NCBI GenBank assembly: GCA_951406725.2
Contig: OX597814.1
Coordinates: 97,960,001 to 98,024,000 of the forward strand
Direction: 5' to 3'
Length of the DNA stretch: 64,000 bases
Source: Octopus vulgaris
Taxonomy: Eukaryota
The notes beneath the pieces are model-generated. The model had not been told where the DNA came from. It worked only from the letters and a program-made list of their open reading frames with translations, and searched no databases. How positions within the stretch are numbered: the first letter of the stretch is position 1; each line of letters begins with the position of its first letter. The translations under genes and the position numbers were made by a program. Shown one piece after another: positions 1 through 13,109 of this stretch.

Positions 1-214
1 AGGGAACATATTGACTAAAGGAGTTTCTGATATAGAAAACAAAAGGGTGGTTATGGTTGGAAAGTCATTAACCATAGATTTCTTTGGTCAGAGTTGACTT
101 GAAGCTAAACAATAACAAAACCAAGAAATAGTTTGCAACAACCTGTTATACTCACTCAACAACTGGCTTTTGATAGGTACAATGTGAATATGAAGAAATT
201 GCATGGAGTGCTAA

Positions 215-644
215 GAGCACCATCCTAACGTGATCGTTGCCAGAGCAGCTAACTGGCTTCTGTGCCGGTGGCATGTAAAAAGCACCATTCAAGCGTGATC
301 GTTACCAGAGTGGCCTTACTGGCACTTGTGCCGGTGACATGTGAAAAAACATTCGAGCGAGGTCGTTGCCAGTGCTGGACTGGCTCCTGTGCAGATGGCA
401 CCTAAAACACACCATTCGAGCGTGGCCGTTGCCAGTACCGCCTGACTGGCCCTCGTGCCGGTGGCACGTAAAAGCACCCACTACACTCTCGGAGTGGTTA
501 GCGTTAGGAAGGACACCCAGCTGTAGAAACTCTGCCAGATCAAGATTGGAGCCTGGTGCAGCCATCTGGTTCGCCAGTCCTCAGTCAAATCGTCCAACCC
601 ATGCTAGCATGGAAAGCGAACGTTGAACGATGATGATGATGATG
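215..644 (+). mobile_element. Retroposon 3' region with four ~64-bp tandem units and (GAT)n tail
   Basis: Units start 229, 294, 358, 421; related tail at ~37420-37530. Confidence 0.7.
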
Positions 645-792
645 TTAGTTTCTCACTAATATATTTCTTTACTACCCACAAGGGGTAGTTTCTCACTAAT
701 AGCCAATGAAATAACTAACAGTAAATACAGGCGTTTGGTTCAATTGATTACATCTTTTTCTCACTCTCACTCCCTTTATCACATTTGCTTAC

Positions 793-892
793 TTGCTTGC
801 TTATGATGACCCATCAAAAGTGACGGCAGCGTTGATCCAGGACATTCATCCTTCTCTGCCTCCAACACATTGTTTCTCATGGGAGCAGACAT
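793..892 (-). CDS. Possible first coding exon of an unidentified gene running off the left edge (MSAPMRNNVLEAEKDECPGSTLPSLLMGHHKQA)
   Basis: ACC-ATG start, 33 codons +1 then GTAAGC donor; tacag acceptor ~926 upstream; no recognised homology. Confidence 0.35.
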
Positions 893-2449
893 GGTTGAGA
901 AAACTGATATGAGAGAAACACTCCTGTAGCACTGAGGGCACAGAAAGTGACCCTGAACAACAGCTGCATAGGGCTGATGATGTCTCCTCTTCCTCCATAC
1001 AGTTTCCTGTGTTTCGTTTCAAAGCTCTGTACTCCAGAATCACACATAAGCTTGCATACCTTCTGATTAATAGGCATGTGTTCAACCATAAGATTTTTAT
1101 AAACTTTCAAGAGAATGCGAAATAATTCTTTTTTGGAACAGTAAATCCTGCAGCACAAAGCTATAAATGAAAGCTTATGAGGCTACCTTCGACACGTTTT
1201 GTATCCAAAAGAGGTTTTTCAACCCGATATTTACGTTCTATTATTTATAGCCTTGAGCCTGTTTCAAGAAAAGAATTAATCCAGTATTCACAGACACGCA
1301 CATGCATGTGTGCAGAGAACTAATTATCCATTTGATTTAACTGGAGAGAAAGAAAGACAGAGAGAATTAATGTACTTACCCCCCCCCGCACACACATTTA
1401 TTTAATTTAACTGAGAAGGAGAGAAAGAGACAGATAGAAAGCTAGTAGGTGTAAATGCGTTCATTTTGAAATGCATGTTCCATCATGTTCTATCGTAATT
1501 GTGGATGTAAAGGAGTTTCTGAGTAACCTTAAATGATTCGTCCTGCTTTTCCCACTAATTATCGACCCAAAGTTTAAAATAAACAACCCCACCACAAAAA
1601 ACAAAACAAGAAAGTATTCTGTTAGCCATAGTTTTGTTAAAACCCATTTTTTTTTTACGATCGTTCGAACTTTACAAAAGTAAGATGGCGGACTTAGTGA
1701 AACAAACTGCATTAAGTGAAAGGTAAACAAATGATGGTTAATAATACATTTGATTACACACACATGCACATGTATGTACATACATACATGCAAAACATCA
1801 CACGTGCACATACGTTTGTACATACATGCATGTATACATACAAACATAAATTCGTACATACATTAAAATAGAAAGGATCAATTAAATCAAGGCAAATTAA
1901 CATAGAAGCATCTCCGCAAGTTTTTGGCTTGGTCGATTGCTCCATATAAACTTCTAGGTGATTCAACTGTTCAGATCAGCAGTCAATACTAAGTTTAAAC
2001 AGCTGTTCACTGGTGCCGAGTATCCTGCAAATCCATATTTGTATCAAAGGAATAATGGTACATTTTATGTAGTGTGATATATATAGTAAGCAAGAATAAA
2101 CCGAATGAATACGTCAGAGCATCACTACAAGTGTTTCAATTGCCAGTTTATTCCAAGTATGAGTATAATTGCACATCTTATATAAATTCCTATCATATAA
2201 CAGTCACTTCTTCAAGCAATATGCAAGAGTGGTGGTCAATCCCACTTGATGGTTTTATGGGGGTGACATTTTGGGGTCTGCTGTATAATATAAACAGGAG
2301 AAGCAGCAAACTCAAGGGCTGCCTTGGGTAGTGCACACTCAAGCTACGTCACTGTTCGGGTGAAGGTTTCTGGTTCAACGATACTTACCGCACTTCCTCC
2401 CGCCAGTTTCAGTGGTCTTGTAAAGGTTCTGCTGTCTCCACTAACGAAA

Positions 2450-2512
<63 letters not shown>

Positions 2513-2516
<4 letters not shown>

Positions 2517-2577
2517 GGCGGTGCCCCAGCATGGCCACAGCTTGTGAGCTGAAACTAGATAAATAAATAAATAAAAA
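2513..2577 (+). mobile_element. Extremely 5'-truncated LINE tail (same family as 52 kb LINE)
   Basis: Near-identical to reverse complement of 52105-52168. Confidence 0.8.
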
Positions 2578-2630
2578 TTTATGAATGGGAAACCTAAGGT
2601 AATCCTCATAAACCGACCTTCCCCATTTTT

Positions 2631-2693
<63 letters not shown>

Positions 2694-2844
2694 CATATAT
2701 ATATATACATTTTTACTCCACTACCTTTACTCCCTCTCCTCACTTAGTGGTCATTCTAATAGCTCTTTTGTCTTAATAACGGTCAATCACACAGTAATTT
2801 CCCTTTGTCTAATGGTCATTTCCATAGCATTTTTTTGAGGGCCC

Positions 2845-2905
2845 GGTAACTGAAGAGATGGCGGCGTGGGTTTCTGCCCCGACATCTGAAACTCGGAGTT
2901 TTATC
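2845..2905 (+). ncRNA. Hammerhead motif in Penelope-like terminal repeat remnant (~2710-3008)
   Basis: GGUAA-CUGAAGA-GAUG.CGG...CCG.CAUC-U-GAAA-CUCGGAG-UU-UUAUC; three stems can pair. Confidence 0.65.
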
Positions 2906-3006
2906 ATGGCTACCGAATAATTGTACATATTATATTTACAGATAAATTCCCCTATTTACATAATATCGAGGTCTCTTTCATTCTTTTGTTGTCTTACCAT
3001 TTCTAT

Positions 3007-3038
<32 letters not shown>

Positions 3039-3040
<2 letters not shown>

Positions 3041-4370
3041 GAAAAAAGGTTTGAAAATGCAATTTTAAAAGATGTTTATTTACTTTACCGGTTTCACTCT
3101 TTGGAAAAAGATTGTCAAAAGTAACATGTAAAAGTTTGGTTGCGTTAATTATTGGTGCTACATACACACACACACAACACCAAGACAATCACACACACGG
3201 TTGACAAACGGGCATACATATACACACACCATCCTACCAAATTTCTAAAAAAACACACATTATTTACACCACAATGGACCCTGGGACCAATCAAAAACAG
3301 CCCCCCCACACACAGACACATGTATACATATATACACACACACAAAGACACACACACTCACACCATTCTGACCTCCATACAGACACACATATACACACAC
3401 ATGCACACACACAACACCATGACAAATGCCAATCACACACATACATACACATGCACACACACACAACACCATACACACCATCCTACCAAATTAAAAAAAA
3501 ATACATATCTATTTATACCACAATGGACCTTAGGACCAAACAAAAACAGCCCCCCCCCATACACACAAACACATGTATACATATATACACTCACACAAAG
3601 ACACACACACTCACACTATTCTGACCTCCATACAGACACACATATACACACACATGCACACACACAGCACCATGCCAAATGCCAATCACGTACATACATG
3701 CACACACACACACACACACACACACACGGTTGACAAACGGACACACATATACACACACCATCCTACCAGATTTTACAAACACACAGACACATCTATTCAC
3801 ACCTCATATGTATATATACACACACACACTCGAACCATTCTGACCTCTAAAGACCAATCCCCCAAATCATTGATGCGTGAAGGAGAGACAAAAAGGAGAA
3901 TTTTTTTTCAGTTCCACATTACTCTTCCCTCCCTCCACCCAAACACACAGTGTCCCTTGAAATAGATAATATTCTTTTACGTTAACATGGTGGACAAGTC
4001 AGTTTTAGCTTCCCTACTATTATAATGTAAATCTTTTTGAACTCATAATATTCTGTGCGTGTATACCAATATTCCACTGAACTTTTTAATAATTCCTTCT
4101 GGAAATTATCTTTTACATTTTCTTGAGAATGTATATATTTGTTGTAATATTTTGTGCCCAATATTTCAATGAACTTGTTAAACTTTTTTATGTTCTTAAC
4201 ATGCTCTTGTCACCAAAGACTGTATATATGTAATGTAGCATTTTGTAACAACCAATAAATAACGCAACCAAACTTTTACATGTTACTTTTAACAATCTTT
4301 TTCCAAAGAGTGAAACCGGTAAAGTAAATAAACATCTTTTAAAATTGCATTTTCAAACCTTCTTTCGTAT
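3039..4370. mobile_element. Penelope-like remnant with ~125 bp inverted termini and internal CA-rich tandem repeats
   Basis: 3039-3162 is the reverse complement of 4244-4370 (includes GAAACCGGTA); internal ~250-290 bp units 3165-3850. Confidence 0.5.
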
Positions 4371-4436
4371 ATAATTCCACTCGTACGGTACCCTACAACT
4401 CCACTTTGTTATATATATATATATATATATATAAAT

Positions 4437-4815
4437 ATGGTGGTGTGTTTACGTATCCATAACTTAGCGGTTCGGCAAAAAGAGACCGATAGAATAAGTA
4501 CTAGGCTTACAAAGAACAAGTCCTGGGGGCGATTTTTTGAGAAAACACACCACCATCGGTTGTCTAGCGAAGTTGGGGGGGACAAACACAGACACAAACA
4601 TATGCACACACATACATTCATATATATATAAATAGAAATATATATATATATACGGAGGACTTCTTTCAGTTTCCGTCTACCAAATCCACTCACAAGGCTT
4701 AGGTCGGCCCGAGGCTATAGTAGAAGACACTTGCCCAAGGTGCCACGCAGTGGGACTGAACCCAGAACCATGTGGCTAGTAAGCAAGCCACTTACCACAC
4801 AACCACTCCTGCGCC
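4437..4815 (-). mobile_element. tRNA-derived SINE family A (other copies ~6060-6410, 10620-10925, 13500-13740, 15990-16170, 16520-16900, 24130-24305, 24690-25060, 60860-61165)
   Basis: Head GGCGCAGGAGTGGTTGTGTGGTAAG..GGGTTCAGTCCC, internal microsatellite, recurrent body. Confidence 0.85.
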
Positions 4816-5957
4816 TATACACATTGAAAAAATACGCATACATTTATATATGTAATGGTTAGTATTCATTACATTCGAAGGTTACCAACTGTAACGATCG
4901 TTGTTAAGGTGTTGGTTGCCAGTATGCAAGATGGAAGAACAGTGATTGAAGTTGTAAAGAGATATTTTTACCGTTACTTTGTATATTTCGAAAACCACGA
5001 CGGGTTGGTATGTATAATTAGTAAATGGAAAAGCATGCGGGGTAAAAATAGTTAATTTAGAAGATCAAACTGCCATGTAGAGCCTTTGTTGTTTGTTGGA
5101 AAAAAATGCTGTAATTTACAGCTTGTTCGTTCATATAATTATTTGTAGTCAAGTATAAGAAAGGTTATATATATAAATTTCAGGAACCTATCACAACCAA
5201 GTTCTTACACGAAACTGATGTCTGGTAGTTAATTATCGCGGTTCTTGAAAAGTATAACATTGCATTGCTGAATCCTGAATACAACTGCGTTTCAATAACC
5301 ATTTCACGCAAGTTTGCATCACATACTTTGTTTCGAGATGAGGAAGCCTCTCTACATGGTTAGTCGTCCTGCAAGAAATAGCAGCCAAATCTCCCTCAAT
5401 TAACATCTCATCATCATACAAGAGACACGTTGGATAATGTAGATCTAGAACTACACAACTGTATGTAGGAAAAAAGACAGAATGGTATGCATTTGATTGT
5501 AGGTCAACTCGATTAGAGTGATCTAGGGCTAGAAACAACAAAACAATAACTCAATTAGGAAATGTCTGAATGTCCACGTCATTGTATTTCCTTCGAAAAT
5601 ATAGGACCTTTGAGTTCAGCTTGTAAGATAGGAACATTTCTATCAGTTACAGTAGCAATGAAATAGAATTAGTAGATATTTGTCGATGTCTCACTCTACT
5701 CAGTGACCTTGTTTCCTTTCGTTCTTTTGTTACATAATGAACTAGTTCCCATACATAAGTAGTCTGTTGGCTATTTTGGTTTCATTAAGACAACTACGTG
5801 TTATTACAGATCCATAGCTAAACAATTACTCCCTACTGAGCTTCGATTCATAAATCATTGTGGTGGTGGGGTTTCATATTTTTAATAATCATAATCGTGT
5901 TTTAATATAAGTATACAATATCTAGACATAACAGAGAAGTGGGCGATAAGTGTAAAC

Positions 5958-5971
5958 GTTTCTCTGGTAAC
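5958..5971. promoter_or_regulatory. X-box-like (RFX) motif
   Basis: GTTTCT-CT-GGTAAC resembles GTNRCC(N)RGYAAC, in CpG-containing unique DNA upstream of putative left-hand gene; could be chance. Confidence 0.2.
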
Positions 5972-6127
5972 TAAGCCTCTCCTCGGGGTTATTAGATCGC
6001 GCCTCGACTTGCGGTTACGCTATTTTTTTTTATTTAGGCCTGAATGTTTAACTGTTATCGCTCATCATTCACTTGTTTCAGTCTTAGACCGTGGCCATGT
6101 TGGGGAATCGCCTTGAATTGACTCTAG

Positions 6128-6233
<106 letters not shown>

Positions 6234-6684
6234 GTATGTGTTTATATACGACGGGCTTCTTTCAGTTTCCGTCTACCAAATCCGCTTACAAGGTTTTGTC
6301 GGCACGAAGCTATAGTAGAAGACATTTGCCCAAGGTGTCACGTTGTGGGACTGAACCCGGAACCATGTGGTTGGGAAGTAAACTTTTACCACATAGCTAC
6401 GCCTGAGCCTATGCTTTTTAATTTGGGTTGCCGCTTCCAATTTTTTTTAACGGAACTTCTTGAGTTCACGGGTGTAGCCAGGATTCTCGGTCATTAAAAT
6501 GACTCACAATTACCTTCCTAATTGTATATGCGTGTTTGTGAGTGTGTTTGTGTATATAAGTAGCGTAGCCGGGTAGAGCCAACGACGCCTTTATGGGATG
6601 ACATTTCTTTTGGGTCTGTTGAATAAGCCTGTATAAGCTTGGGGGCCTGGGAAGGGTGGGGTGGGAAAATCAAGGGCAGCCTTG

Positions 6685-7190
6685 GGTGGCTGGCAGAATC
6701 GTTAACACGCCGGGCGAAATGCGTAGCCGTATTTCATCTGCCGTTACGTTCTGAGTTCAAATTCCGCCGAGGTCGACTTTGCCTTTCATCCTTTCGGGGT
6801 CGATTAAATAAGTACCAGTTACGCACTGGGGTCGATGTAATCGACTTAATCCGCCTGTCTGTCCTTGTTAGTCTTCGCTGTGTTTAGCCCCTTGTGGGTA
6901 GTAAAGAAATAGGTATTTCGTTCGTCGTACGTTCTGAGTTCAAATTCTGCCGAGGTCGACTTTGCCTATTATCCTTTCAGGGTCAATAAATTAAATACCA
7001 GTTGAATGTTGGGGTCGATATAATTGACTAACTCCTCCCCCAAAATTTCAGGCCTTGTGCCGATAGTAGAAAGCATTTACCTTTCATCCTTTCGGGGTCG
7101 ATAAGTTAAATACCAGTGAAATACTGGAGTCGAAGTAATCAACTTATCCATTCCCAAAAATGGCTGCCCTTGTGGCAAAATTTGAAACCT
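6685..7190 (+). mobile_element. tRNA-derived SINE family B, multimeric (other copies ~32890-33130, 33745-33900, 34075-34285, 39630-39940, 40130-40335, 47562-47780, 56100-56290)
   Basis: GCTGGCAGAATCG..GAGTTCAAATTCC head; GCCTTTCATCCTTTCGGGGTCGATAA core resembling Deu/Nin-type conserved domain. Confidence 0.85.
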
Positions 7191-7217
7191 TTATTATTAT
7201 TATCATCATTATTATTC

Positions 7218-7710
7218 ACTGCGGAGTACATAGGACGTGTTTTCAAACACTCCAGGTTGGTTCAGTTTAAAACATTTATTTACACCAGTTTGGTGCATTT
7301 TTTTCATTATTTATCTTATTGGAAGTTGTCAATAGAAACACCAGGAACCTGCTACTGGTTTTCTTTGTTTAGCTCCCCTAGAGGCTATATACAACTCACC
7401 AAATAAGTTCGGTGAGTGTTTAATTTATTTTAATAAAATACAACTCGACAATATGGTGCAGCGCGTCTTGAAAGAGTTGAGAAAAAAGAAAACTGTCCCT
7501 CCAAAAGATCTGGTAACTGCTGAAGATTTCTCTAAAAAAAGAAGACTATATTTCAGATGTGTTTCACGCAAAAGTAGGAGAACGGAAATAGTTTCCATCA
7601 GTCATGTTGGGAAGGCCCTCAGAGAAATCTTAATAGATGTGACCTATATACAGAGAGGGAGGCAATTTGCCAGCATTGAAGTCTTCTTTAAAAGTGAGGA
7701 TCTCGCGCGA
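7218..7710 (+). mobile_element. 5' end/ORF1 start of a Tx1/L1-like LINE
   Basis: GGACGTGTTT 5' motif, ATG 7453, ORF1-like TYIQRGRQFASIEVFFKSEDLAR; family call from recollection of similar ORF1s. Confidence 0.45.
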
Positions 7711-8652
7711 AGTCTAGGATTGGCTCGAAAGCTGCTTAGCAAGAAAACTACTTTAGTTGGAACAATTAGAAAGAACAGAGTTAAATTCCAAGTGCTTTCA
7801 CAAATGGAAAAGAAAGAGAAATCAATAGCACAATATTTGGATTTCAAAAGGATTCTATGGTCCCATCTTATTAGCCCAAGAAAAATTATGTAGTCACACT
7901 TATGAGTACAATGCACTCTCAGCCTTCAATTGATTCAAAAAGTGCTGATAAGAAACCAGAAATTATTACATGTTACAACAAAGCAAAAGTAGGAGTAAAT
8001 ATCCTAGATAAAATGGTAAGGACATACACTTGCAAAAGAATGACTCGAATATGGCATATGGTTATATTCTTCAACATGATTGATATAAGTGCAGTGAATG
8101 CTTTCATTGTTGTTAACAGCTTCACTTGCAAAGTTTCAAGGATAAAAGAAGACAGTGACTAATTCAGTTAGGAAAGGAACTCGCTGGAGTTAATGCTCAA
8201 CAAGAACATGACAAACAATCTTCTAGTTCTGCTAACATTTCTTGGCAAAACAAGAAAAGAAGGCAATCTTTAACCTCGTTTGAGATTCCTCAGCCAAAGA
8301 AAAAAGAAAGATGTTCTTTCTGTGGCCCCCAAAAGACAGGAGAACTCATACTACATTTAAGAATTGTAAATTCATGTTTGCCAAGAACATTCCAATGTTG
8401 TCTGTATTCACTACCATGAAGAGCTGTAATTCTGTACTTTTGTAATTTTTAAAATTTATAATATATCCTGTAAGCTGTATTTTTTAATTAAAATTTCTGA
8501 GAAACAATAATTCTTCATTCACCTGATGGTATATATAATGTAGCTAAGAAATAGTGGTAGCTTGAATAAAATTTAATTAAAAGAAAAATATTGGGTCCAC
8601 TGGACCCTGTTGGTACTTAGTGATATACATTTTCTCGTAGCCCAAGGGTTAA
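7711..8652 (+). mobile_element. piggyBac (PGBD4-like) transposon 3' half, frameshifted
   Basis: SLGLARKLL..TTLVGTIRKNR, MSTMH..KKPEII.CYNK.K.GV..LDKMV..YTCKR.TR.W, Cys-rich tail; right end GGG-TTAA at 8646-8652. Confidence 0.9.
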
Positions 8653-9744
8653 AGCCACCGTTGGGTCTAGGTCGGAAATCCATGTTGTCATAAGAATTCG
8701 CATCTACTAAGCACTCACTCGTCCACTCGGTCTTACTGTACAGCCACAAGATGTAGCCAATGAGAGAGGTATACTTATGCACGATGGAAATATTTGATCA
8801 TTTTTGTTTTCACCGAACCCTCCGTGTTTGCTTTTTGAAATTTTGTATCAAACTCCGAAGATCGTTGTCATTGTTGGACTGATTCTTTTCAACAATTCTT
8901 ACTCAGATGTACCTCCATTTGTTTCGACACACACCTAGTCGCTTATTGGGTGAAATCATCCGTGATGCAGTTGTGCTGGAGTCTCTCTCGGAATGGCGCA
9001 AAACGGTGAGGTGGATCGTGGAAAACGTGGATTTATATGATCAAGTTAGATTTTGAATACATTTCTAGTTCTCGTTTGTATGGTGTGTTGTTGTTGAAAG
9101 TGCAACTAATAGACGATCTCCGCGTTAAATGTTTGTGATCGCTGGTCGTGATCGGCTTCTGTCTCATGATTCTTTTGATCGGCTAATTGAAGGTTGCTCA
9201 ACTAGTTCTGTGTGAACGTCGACCAAGTAAATGTATTTAAGAGACCTCCTCCGAGAAGCATGGTCTTACACGTGACTACTTGACTACCGAACGACTTGAA
9301 GAGCATGCAATTTTTGACATGGGAATAATTCACTGATAAAGGAGTTTAAAATAATGACATTGGAAAATTTCTCGAGAGGGCCTTCTGCATGTGAAGAGCA
9401 GCTTAATGACCTATTAATCAAATTTACATTCATTTGACATCGGTGCAATTATCTAATTATCGCACCAATGACATACAAAACTAATTTGCTCTACCAGTAG
9501 TTCTACTCCATGAACAGCTGTTTATTGAAAGGCTACGCTTTGTTCATGAATTTTCAAAGGAAGCAAAAACGGTGAAAATAGGTACGTAGTTAGTTCTAGG
9601 GATAGCAACTGAAAAAAAAAGAAGCAAAAAACAAAGAGACAAAACAAAACAAAAGTCATTGACTAAATATTTTTCTTCTTTTACCGCATAATTGTAAACG
9701 AAATTGAATGAAAATTCATCGATGGTGAACGAATGCTATAAATA

Positions 9745-9889
9745 CTACTCTATTTATTTGAGATGAGGAATTATGTACATTATTTACAATGGAAGGATAG
9801 TTGTCCTCATTTTGTTCGTTGTTATCACAACGTTTCGGCTGATGTGCTCTCCTGCCTTCATTAGGTGTTCTGGTGGAATTTCGAACTCA

Positions 9890-9951
<62 letters not shown>

Positions 9952-10119
9952 CCAAGACTTAATTCTATCGGTTTCGTTTGCCGAACCGCTAAGTTACAGG
10001 GACGTAAACACATCAACGCCGGTTGTCAAGCGGTGATGGGGAGGATAAACACAGACACAAAGACACCCACACACAGAGACACACACAGAGACACACACAG
10101 ACACAAACACACACACTAA

Positions 10120-10179
<60 letters not shown>

Positions 10180-10405
10180 CCCTCAGATTCTAAGTTCAAT
10201 CCCAAGCAGAGACTTGAAAAATAATATCAACAGAAAAAAAAATCAAACGCATACCTTAGGAATGAGAACAGTGTACCTAATTAGTCAAATAAAGAGTTGG
10301 GTTCGAAATTCCATCAGAATACCTGATGAAGGCTGGCGAGTACATCAAGCCAAACGTTGTGATAACAACAAACTGGATGAGGATAACCTATCCGTCTACT
10401 TGTAA
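9745..10405. mobile_element. Older palindromic dimer of the same hammerhead-SINE family, interrupted by (TAC)n and a SINE fragment
   Basis: 9745-9890 is the reverse complement of ~10250-10405; cores degenerate (CUAAUGA on minus; CUGAUGA at 10323 with GAAA lost). Confidence 0.7.
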
Positions 10406-10943
10406 AAGGATGCTGTAAAGGAACGCAGACGACGAAAGTGTTATGATTTGCCAGTTGAAACATCGGGATTTCTAGTTATAAAAATTGTGAATGCATATAT
10501 GTAAACAAATATGAAAGATGTATTTGTAGTATAATATATGTTTATTTACAAAGTTTACAAAATCTGATACTTTGAATCATTACCGATTTAAGTGTGCACG
10601 CGTTTCGCGCTACATTTTTTCAGTCTTCTACTGGTTTCAGTCATTTGACTGCGACCAGGCAGGAGTACCGCCTTAAGGGGTTTTAGTCGGACAGATCAAC
10701 CCCAGGAATTATTTTGTAAGCCTAGTAATTATTCTATCGGTTTCTTTTGCCGAACCGCTAAGTTACGGGGACGTAAACACATCAACACCGGTTGTCAAGC
10801 GCTGATGGAGAGGACAAACACAGAGAGACACACACACATCGAACTTCTTTCAGTTTCCGTCTACTTAATCCACTCAGAAGGTTTTGGTCGGTCCGAGGCT
10901 ATAGTAGAAAACACTTACGCAAGGTAAGATATACATACATACA

Positions 10944-11011
<68 letters not shown>

Positions 11012-11049
11012 CATATACATAAGCATATATATATCTACATATATATATC

Positions 11050-11092
<43 letters not shown>

Positions 11093-11106
11093 ATATATAT
11101 ATCTAC

Positions 11107-11220
<114 letters not shown>

Positions 11221-11807
11221 CAAAATAAGAAAATGGAATTTGTGGTAAAACATTTTACCTTTGCTCATATAATACAATAAATGAATTAATTGCATCACAA
11301 TTCTTAACATTTATGTATTAACTTTGTTGGGTGCTTTACTGGCAGTATATTGGATATATGCTATCCCATGTTGGCTTGCACTCACAACCCCTATCTCAAT
11401 TTATACATGGTTTGGATGATGTGGCTGTAAAACCTGCTCTGTGAAAGCATTCGACTTGTTTGGGCACGCTTACGTTAAGAAACAATTTTAGAATGATTTT
11501 TTTCTGTCAAAATGCAAAAAATATCTGACTAAAAAAAACAAAAAACAACCAAGGTCCAACCAAATCAAAAAATAAACAGAAATACTACGCGAACAAAGAT
11601 GAACCATCGCATTTCCATTGTGCGCGCACACGCCCAAACACGCACAGACACACACAAACACACACACACTCATTCCCATACCCCCTTTTACATGTACATA
11701 CATATATTCACACAGAGTTGAAACGCTGTTTGATTCATTTTTTTTCACCAAATATGGCATAACACCTTCCTTTCTTATTCATCTATCGCCCCTCCTTTCC
11801 CATTTAT

Positions 11808-11979
11808 AAACACAAGAGTATTATTATAGTAGATTATCTCGGTAACCATGGGAGCTAAGAAAAGATACGAAGCCCAGCATTACCACCGGATCATTCTACA
11901 CATCTGTGTAATTTTTCGCGCAATTCCACCCAGCCGTTTGACCGTGTATCTCAAGACAAGAAAGAATCGCCCATGTCAA

Positions 11980-12026
<47 letters not shown>

Positions 12027-12436
12027 TTGGTCAAAACATTGATGGCGTCTCGTTCTGCTGGACTAGCCACCTAACAGGATGAATGGTCAAAACATTGATG
12101 ACGTCTCGTTCCGCTGGATTAGCCACCTAACAGGACACAGTCATGGGTCAGATCTAATTTCGATTCGTCAAAAAAATGATGACGTATTTCTTCCGTGGCC
12201 AAACTGTCGTTCCGCTTGGTTGGTTTCCTAACAGGATACAGTTGGGAGTCTTTTCACTATATTCGTTGAGACTGGGTTTTGATTGGTTTGGAACTATATG
12301 ACGTCAGTGAAAAGTGCAAGTGACCACAGCTTAGTTGAGCTGATATAAACCCAACAATCACAAAATTCACCAAAGTTATGCGAACAGACACCAACCAAAA
12401 ATCATTACTGTTGCTCCCATTGGAACACAAGGTAAA
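11808..12436. mobile_element. Helentron/DINE-like element with internal ~57-bp tandem repeats
   Basis: TGGTCAAAACATTGATG..CCACCTAACAGGA repeated 12029-12140; A-rich ends. Confidence 0.35.
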
Positions 12437-12567
12437 ATCGAAAATGAACTCCTCACCTTTTCAAGAACATGAATTTTTTATATTTGACTCTATTGAATAT
12501 ATGTCACAATTATGAACTATTACATCATACTCTTTAAACATATAGCATGAACTCTCTTTATTATATA

Positions 12568-12961
12568 CTAGCAGTATCGCCCGGCGTTGCTCGGATTTGT
12601 AAGGGAAATAATTATATAAGCATTTTTAGAGATGTAAAGTATAATAGCCATCTCAATATGGCTAACCACAAAGGGGGAGGGGTGTTACTGTAGCTTTTTA
12701 CGTTCTGAGATTTAATAATAAATTTTAGAGAGTTACTTCCCTTATATATGTCAAAAATGGATTAAAAATGGGAAAAATTGATGGTAAATTTTTTTAAAAT
12801 CGTAGACTCATCGTAGACGCGCGCTAATACCCAGACGGTCTCGATATGAATCACGACTATAAGATACCCGGTTTTGGTTAAACTGCACCGCAAAATGTGG
12901 GAGTAGTTAGGAATCTAAATCGTAGGAGACAGACACACAACCTCACTTTTATATATAAAGA
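12568..12961 (-). mobile_element. Non-autonomous Helitron
   Basis: Minus strand starts A|TC, ends hairpin CCGAGCAACGCCGGG + CTAG|T; no TSD. Confidence 0.8.
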
Positions 12962-13024
12962 TTTCCTCTATTTACATAATATTGAGGTCTCTTTCTTTCT
13001 TTTGTTATCTTACTGTTTTTACCA

Positions 13025-13103
<79 letters not shown>

Positions 13104-13109
13104 TATATA

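Noticed and set aside
229-480. Regularly spaced repeats resembling a CRISPR array
   Set aside because: Whole units are homologous (no unique spacers), eukaryotic retroposon context, no cas genes.
3152-3733. 193-aa His/Thr-rich ORF and the many YI/CV/HT/poly-L/poly-I ORFs
   Set aside because: Translations of stop-free microsatellites.
8992-9011. ATG GCG CAA AAC G|GTGAG as a plus-strand first exon
   Set aside because: No downstream plus-strand exons found to support it.
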